DNA of 64,000 nt from Candidatus Uhrbacteria bacterium. GTDB lineage: Bacteria; Patescibacteriota; Patescibacteriia; UBA9934; GWF2-40-263. A program made the translations under genes and the position numbers. The notes below the pieces were generated by a model. The model worked only from the letters and a program-made list of their open reading frames with translations. It searched no databases and had not been told where the DNA came from. Location of the stretch: contig JAAZYG010000022.1 in assembly GCA_014239775.1 (NCBI GenBank), positions 2,218 to 66,217 of the forward strand, in the 5' to 3' direction. Of the stretch, positions 59,428-64,000 are shown piece after piece. Numbering within the stretch: position 1 is the first letter of the stretch; each line of letters starts with the position of its first letter.

Positions 59428-59512
59428 GCCGATGTGGCGGAACTGGTATACGCGCACGACTCAAAATCGTGTGAGGAAACTCATGTGGGTTCGATCCCCA
59501 CCATCGGCACCA
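59428..59512 (+). tRNA. tRNA-Leu(CAA)
   Basis: Cloverleaf, anticodon arm CACGA-CTCAAAA-TCGTG, long variable arm, GTTCGA, encoded CCA. Confidence 0.96.
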
Positions 59513-59553
59513 AACTAAAATCCGCAGCTTGCCTGCGGATTTTAGTTTGGTGG
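59508..59553. repeat. Hairpin repeat copy 1 (CCGCAG-N5-CTGCGG core), terminator-like
   Basis: 20-bp perfect stem CACCAAACTAAAATCCGCAG/CTGCGGATTTTAGTTTGGTG. Confidence 0.75.
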
Positions 59554-59596
59554 GGAGGTTATGCAAGAAGAAATGTATTTATTTGGTTTTTAATTT

Positions 59597-59794
59597 TTAT
59601 TTTCGAAATGATTTTAGTCGTGTAATAATTCCAATAATAATACCTAGATATATAAAAATATTTCCAATAGGTATTAATCCAAATGGCTCAATAAGTCTTC
59701 CGTCTACAGCAACTTCTGACCCTATGATTTTAAAGGTTATTATGGAGGAGATCCCCAATAATATCAGTGTAATTGATATCCAGTATTTTTTCAT
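59597..59794 (-). CDS. Small two-TM protein (DUF3955-like)
   Basis: IGSEVAVDGRLIEPFGLIPIG between two TM helices. Confidence 0.75.
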   Translation of the reverse strand: MKKYWISITLILLGISSIITFKIIGSEVAVDGRLIEPFGLIPIGNIFIYLGIIIGIITRLKSFRK

Positions 59795-59828
59795 AACATA
59801 AGTAGAATAATTCTATCACTCTAAACAG

Positions 59829-59873
59829 CACAACACAAAAACCGCAGACATGCTGCGGCTTTTGTGTTGGTGG
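59829..59873. repeat. Hairpin repeat copy 2 (CCGCAG-N5-CTGCGG core), terminator-like
   Basis: CAACACAAAAACCGCAG/CTGCGGCTTTTGTGTTG. Confidence 0.75.
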
Positions 59874-59944
59874 CTGGAGTGGGTCTCGAACCCACGACCT
59901 CGGGCTTATGAGTCCCGCGCTCTAACCGACTGAGCTACCCAGCC
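59868..59944 (-). tRNA. tRNA with CAT anticodon, probably elongator Met (Ile2 not excluded)
   Basis: Minus strand GGCTGGGTAGCTCAG..CTCATAA..GTTCGAG..CCAGCCACCA; G1-C72 paired. Confidence 0.9.
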
Positions 59945-60093
59945 TTTTCTAACAAACGACGAAAGAATAACAAAAATAAGAGAATTTTGCAAGGAGAGCT
60001 TTCTCTAAAAGTTTGATGTTTTTTATTTGATTTAAGCTTTTTTTTTGTGCTATATTGGCTTGACAAAATCACAATAATGTGTTAATTTAGCGT

Positions 60094-60250
60094 CAATCTT
60101 GAGTCAAATAGAATTCTAGAATTCTACGCAGATGATTGCGTTTGATGACCCAAGGGTTGTATTACCTGAATCATATTGGGAGTACGACATGCGCTAAGCT
60201 GTACTTAGTTAGTCGCGTGCTAAGCCCACTAATTTATTAGTGGGCTTTTT
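60094..60250 (+). ncRNA. Orphan structured small RNA (or small-ORF transcript)
   Basis: TTGACA-17-TAATTT promoter at 60060-60088; internal helices; terminator AAGCCCACTAAT/ATTAGTGGGCTT plus T run. Confidence 0.6.
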
Positions 60251-60323
60251 ATTTTATTTTTTGTTTTTGTATTTTTCTAATTAAATCGTTTGACATAAAC
60301 AAGAATATTTATTATTCTTTTGC

Positions 60324-60400
60324 CGCGGGGTAGAGCAGTCTGGCAGCTCGTTGGGCTCATAACCCAAAGGTCACCGGTTCAAATCCGGTCCCCGCAACCA
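60324..60400 (+). tRNA. Initiator tRNA-fMet(CAT)
   Basis: C1:A72 mismatch, GGG/CCC anticodon stem, encoded CCA; own TTGACA upstream. Confidence 0.96.
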
Positions 60401-60520
60401 AAAATGACTCAGATTAAATTCTGGGTCTTTTTTGTATATAATTTTACTTTCATCAAAACAAAAAATCCTATATAATAACCACATATAAGTGGGGTTGTTT
60501 TTTATTCCTACCTATTATTT

Positions 60521-61294
60521 ATGGCTCATATTATATCTGTAGTTAACCAAAAGGGAGGAGTTGGTAAAACAACAACAACATTAAATTTAGCGGCGTATCT
60601 TGCTCATTTGGGCAAGTTTGTTTTGTTGGTTGATATAGATCCACAAGCAAATGCAACTTCAGGTTTAGGCGTGGATCACAATACATTACCAAGAGGTATT
60701 TATGAGGCAATTGTAGGCTCTCATTCTGCAAGAAATTTAATACATGAAACAGAGCATGATGGTTTGAAGATACTTCCTGCAACGCAAGCTTTGGCAGGTG
60801 CTTCTGTTGAATTAGTAAATGCTGAAGAACGAGAACATTACTTACGTAAAGCGTTACTCGAAGTAAAAAATGATTACGATTACATTTTAATAGACAACCC
60901 ACCATCACTAGGCATGCTTACATTAAATGGTTTGGTTGCAGCAGATTCAGTTTTGATACCTGTTCAAGCAGAATACTATGCACTAGAGGGATTAACGCAG
61001 CTCTTGAACACAATAAATCTTGTGCGTGATAATTTGAGACCGGATTTAGATATAATGGGAGCAATTATTACAATGTATGATTCACGAACAAAACTTTCAA
61101 AAGAAGTACTTGAAGAATTGTATAGATTTTTTCCAGATAAAATTTTTAGATCTGTGATACCTCGCTCTGTGAGACTTGCTGAAGCACCATCGTTTGGAAA
61201 AACAATTTTAGGATATGAACCGTCATCAAAGGCGGCAACGGCATATCATAGATTAGCAAAAGAATTTATAATGCGAGATGAAGGTAAACTTTAA
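60521..61294 (+). CDS. parA: Chromosome partitioning ATPase ParA/Soj
   Basis: NQKGGVGKTT, DIDPQAN, EYYALEG, LAEAPSFG. Confidence 0.96.
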   Translation: MAHIISVVNQKGGVGKTTTTLNLAAYLAHLGKFVLLVDIDPQANATSGLGVDHNTLPRGIYEAIVGSHSARNLIHETEHDGLKILPATQALAGASVELVNAEEREHYLRKALLEVKNDYDYILIDNPPSLGMLTLNGLVAADSVLIPVQAEYYALEGLTQLLNTINLVRDNLRPDLDIMGAIITMYDSRTKLSKEVLEELYRFFPDKIFRSVIPRSVRLAEAPSFGKTILGYEPSSKAATAYHRLAKEFIMRDEGKL

Positions 61295-61295
61295 T

Positions 61296-62147
61296 ATGAG
61301 CGCAAGACCAGTACTTGGAAGGGGGTTGGGTGCCTTGATTCCACAAAAAAAATCTTTAACGGAACAAATTATACCTGAAGCAAGACAGGAGATTCTTGAT
61401 GTTGAGATAAATAAAATTAAAACAAACCCACGACAACCGCGTAAATATTTTTCACCAAGTGATTTAGAGGATCTTATTAATTCCATTCAAGAATATGGAA
61501 TCCTTCAACCACTGATTGTAACAAAGATAAAAGATGGCTATGAGTTAATTGCAGGTGAACGTAGGTTAAGAGCATCAACTACATTAGGTCTCAATACGGT
61601 TCCAGCCATAGTTCGCAATGCCACAGACCAAGAAAAATTAGAATTAGCTTTAATTGAGAATATACAAAGAGCTGATTTAAATGTGATCGAGGAGGCTATA
61701 GCGTATAAGGCATTGATGGATGAATTTAATTTATCACAAAATGATGTTGCTAAAAGGGTTGGTAAAAGCAGGCCTGTTGTTGCTAATGCAATAAGGTTAC
61801 TAGATCTACCAGAAAATATTTTAGATGCATTGATTGATGGTAGGATTTATAAAAGTCACGCTCGTGCACTTCTTGCAGAAACTGATTCAACAAAGCAAGA
61901 TCAGATGTTTAGAAAAATGTTAAAGGGCGAGATGACTGCAGTAGAAGCTGAATCAAAAGCAACAGGATTAATGCCAAAGCGACAAAAAAAAGGTAAAGAT
62001 CCAAATATAATTGCACACGAAAAAAGGTTAAGAGAGATATTAGGCACAAAAGTTTCAATTAATGAATCTGCAGGAAAAGGAGCTGTTACATTATATTTTT
62101 ACTCAAGAGAGGAGTTGATGGATTTGTTAGATGTTATAACAGAATAA
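61296..62147 (+). CDS. parB: ParB/Spo0J partition protein
   Basis: LGRGLGALI, QPR, IAGERRLRA, ENIQR, HTH. Confidence 0.96.
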   Translation: MSARPVLGRGLGALIPQKKSLTEQIIPEARQEILDVEINKIKTNPRQPRKYFSPSDLEDLINSIQEYGILQPLIVTKIKDGYELIAGERRLRASTTLGLNTVPAIVRNATDQEKLELALIENIQRADLNVIEEAIAYKALMDEFNLSQNDVAKRVGKSRPVVANAIRLLDLPENILDALIDGRIYKSHARALLAETDSTKQDQMFRKMLKGEMTAVEAESKATGLMPKRQKKGKDPNIIAHEKRLREILGTKVSINESAGKGAVTLYFYSREELMDLLDVITE

Positions 62148-62172
62148 AAATAGGGCTCATGGCCCTATTTTT
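62146..62172. terminator. Bidirectional terminator between parB and rel
   Basis: AAAAATAGGGC-TCATG-GCCCTATTTTT. Confidence 0.8.
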
Positions 62173-63670
62173 ATTTTTTACCTCTTTCTCTTCCTTTAAG
62201 AACTTCTGCAAACCAACCTTTAACTGTGTTTTTGGTGGCTTCTTTTATTTTGTTTCTAGCATGTCTAGTTTTAACAAATTTCATCCAATCTGGATTAGGT
62301 CCTTTTCTATTTTTATCAGTTAAAATTTCAATAATATCACCAGAATTTAGTACAGTATCTAGATTTTTCATTATGTCATTAATTCTTGCTGACACACATT
62401 TATTTCCTACTTCAGAATGAATTGCGTATGCAAAATCTACAGGCGTTGCTCCTTCAGGTAGATCAATTACATCACCCTGTGGGGTAAAAACAAATATACG
62501 ATCATTAAAGACGTCTATTTTCATGAACTCAAGTTGCTCTAAAAAGTCTTTTTTTGTTTCTAGTTCTTTTTGAATTTGAGCTAGTTCCTCAATCCATCTG
62601 GTATTTTTATTATCAAGTGATCCATCTTGTTTGTACCTCCAATGTGCCGCTACTCCATATTCAGCCAATTCATGCATTTCAGTTGTCCTGATTTGAAACT
62701 CAACTATCTCGCCATTGTCTGTAAAGACTGTTGTATGAAGCGATTGGTAACCGTTTGGTTTTGGTTGTGCAAGATAATCCTTAATACGACCAGGAACAGG
62801 TCTCCATTTTTGGTGTAACATTCCGAGCACTGAATAACATTCCTCTACATCGTTTACAATAATTCTAATGGCAATTAAATCATATATTTTACTCAAGTCA
62901 CCATGGTATTTGGTCATTTTTTTATAAAGACTATAAAGTCGTTTTACACGTCCGTGCACCTGAACTTCTTTATGTGATGAGTGTAGTAATACTTTTTCTG
63001 TTTCATCAATTATTCTACTTACATATGCACCTTTTTCGCGAACTTTAATATCCATGATTGTTTTCATTCTTTCATATTCTTTTGGTTGTAGATATGCAAA
63101 AGATTGATCCTCAAGTTCACCTTTAAATTCACTCATACCCAAACGGCTGGCGATGGGCGCAAAAATCTCTAAAGATTCACGTGCAATACGTTCTTGTTTA
63201 TGTTTAGGTTGGCCGTATAGTGTCTGTAGGTTATGTAGTCGATCTGCAAATTTCATAAAAACTACACGCACATCACTTGCCATGGCTAAAAACATTTTCT
63301 GTAAATTTTCTGCATATCTCTCTACTCCACGGTATTTTACAGATTGCTTTAGTTTGGTGACGTTATAAACCAATGACGCAATATCATCACCAAATAATTT
63401 TTTTAAATCTTCAATTTCAAAATCTGTATCTTCAACAATATCGTGTAGCAATCCGGCCATAACAACATTTAAATGCAAACCCATATCAGCTAATTTATAA
63501 GCTACAGCTACAGGATGCGTTATAAATGGATGACCAGTTAATCTCATCTCACCTTCATGTGCCTTTCTTGCCATTTCATAAGCACTACGTAGTGTTTTTA
63601 TGTCAGGATTAACATAGTTTCTTTCAACCAAATCCTCTAATTCTTCATATGTATATACAATTGCACTCAT
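62171..63670 (-). CDS. rel: RelA/SpoT family protein (HD+SYNTH+TGS, no C-terminal ZFD/ACT)
   Basis: LLHDIVEDT, ADRLHN, PKPNGYQSLHT, EFQIRT, TPVDFAYAIHS. Confidence 0.95.
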   Translation of the reverse strand: MSAIVYTYEELEDLVERNYVNPDIKTLRSAYEMARKAHEGEMRLTGHPFITHPVAVAYKLADMGLHLNVVMAGLLHDIVEDTDFEIEDLKKLFGDDIASLVYNVTKLKQSVKYRGVERYAENLQKMFLAMASDVRVVFMKFADRLHNLQTLYGQPKHKQERIARESLEIFAPIASRLGMSEFKGELEDQSFAYLQPKEYERMKTIMDIKVREKGAYVSRIIDETEKVLLHSSHKEVQVHGRVKRLYSLYKKMTKYHGDLSKIYDLIAIRIIVNDVEECYSVLGMLHQKWRPVPGRIKDYLAQPKPNGYQSLHTTVFTDNGEIVEFQIRTTEMHELAEYGVAAHWRYKQDGSLDNKNTRWIEELAQIQKELETKKDFLEQLEFMKIDVFNDRIFVFTPQGDVIDLPEGATPVDFAYAIHSEVGNKCVSARINDIMKNLDTVLNSGDIIEILTDKNRKGPNPDWMKFVKTRHARNKIKEATKNTVKGWFAEVLKGRERGKK

Positions 63671-63771
63671 ACTTATAGTAAGATACAGTTAGATAATATA
63701 ACTGTAAAGGTTGTTATGGTCATTGACCAGCATATTCATTATGCTAAACTTACAAAGAATTAATAAGACAT

Positions 63772-64000
63772 ATGACAAGCAGAGAAAGAGAGTTTCCGCA
63801 ACATGATTCTGATTCTGAAACTGAACATTGGCATTCACACGAACTACCATCAGAAGGTGATGGGTCAATAGATGTGAAAACGACCAGAATAGAAGTTGAA
63901 GAGGAGTACGATTCTGCAGAAGCACTTGCAGAAGCAGAAAGAATTGCTGCAGAGCATGAATCTGATTTGCACGGTGATGTTAGAAGAGTTGTTCATACAA
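63772..64000 (+). CDS. Acidic hypothetical protein, 3'-truncated by the window
   Basis: ATG 63772, frame MTSREREFPQHDSDSETEHW... stays open to the window end. Confidence 0.6.
   Translation, partial: MTSREREFPQHDSDSETEHWHSHELPSEGDGSIDVKTTRIEVEEEYDSAEALAEAERIAAEHESDLHGDVRRVVHT

Noticed and set aside
59434-59801. ORFs 59434-59625 and 59529-59801 on the + strand
   Set aside because: They overlap tRNA-Leu, its hairpin and the better-supported minus-strand gene.
60141-60175. Hammerhead ribozyme suggested by TTGATGA
   Set aside because: The core is not CUGANGA and no GAAA follows the next stem.
60401-62170. parS site near parAB
   Set aside because: No TGTTTCACGTGAAACA-like palindrome found by eye.
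198-63925. The many short ORFs antisense to or nested in core genes (e.g. 1510-1854, 3834-4277, 33746-34135, 37947-38372, 57201-57626, 63689-63925)
   Set aside because: Shadow frames of well-supported genes, with no motifs or independent signals.
1-64000. Stop-codon reassignment (code 25, or TAG/TAA recoding)
   Set aside because: TGA ends truB, trxA and scpB; TAG ends proS, rplB and map; TAA ends most genes. Only two internal stops were seen, of different types.
1-64000. CRISPR array, rRNA, transposase, integrase or prophage
   Set aside because: No spaced direct-repeat array and no recognisable motifs found by eye.

Overview
AT-rich bacterial chromosome segment, most likely Patescibacteria (CPR). 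This is inferred from the missing rpmD/L30 between rpsE and rplO, a short ProRS without the INS editing domain, an AspRS without the GAD insert, a Rel truncated after the TGS domain, and SD-less core genes. The genetic code is 11, since TAA, TAG and TGA all end intact genes. Most of the window is housekeeping: proS, HU, rny, truB, infB, trxAB, leuS, ugd, split comEC, ndk, murA, the str/S10/spc clusters, secY-adk-map, ruvX, recO, asnS, aspS, scpAB, three tRNAs, parAB and rel. No CRISPR array, rRNA, transposase or prophage was seen. The most notable unannotated signals are: (1) a ~335-nt promoter-bounded, heavily structured RNA at 19169-19505 with a raiA-motif-like core, preceded by a phased DnaA-box-like array; (2) next to it, a divergent RelA/SpoT-fold nucleotidyltransferase with a small upstream gene; (3) a leader-peptide attenuator before an MFS gene; (4) a switch-like rny leader; (5) a second orphan sRNA between tRNAs; (6) a stand-alone Ku with an extra zinc ribbon; (7) a tandem pair of paralogous zinc-ribbon orphans; (8) in-frame stops in aspS and gdhA plus an ATT at the likely rpsE start, all explicable as G>T changes. 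All structures and homologies were judged by eye; no searches or folding programs were run.
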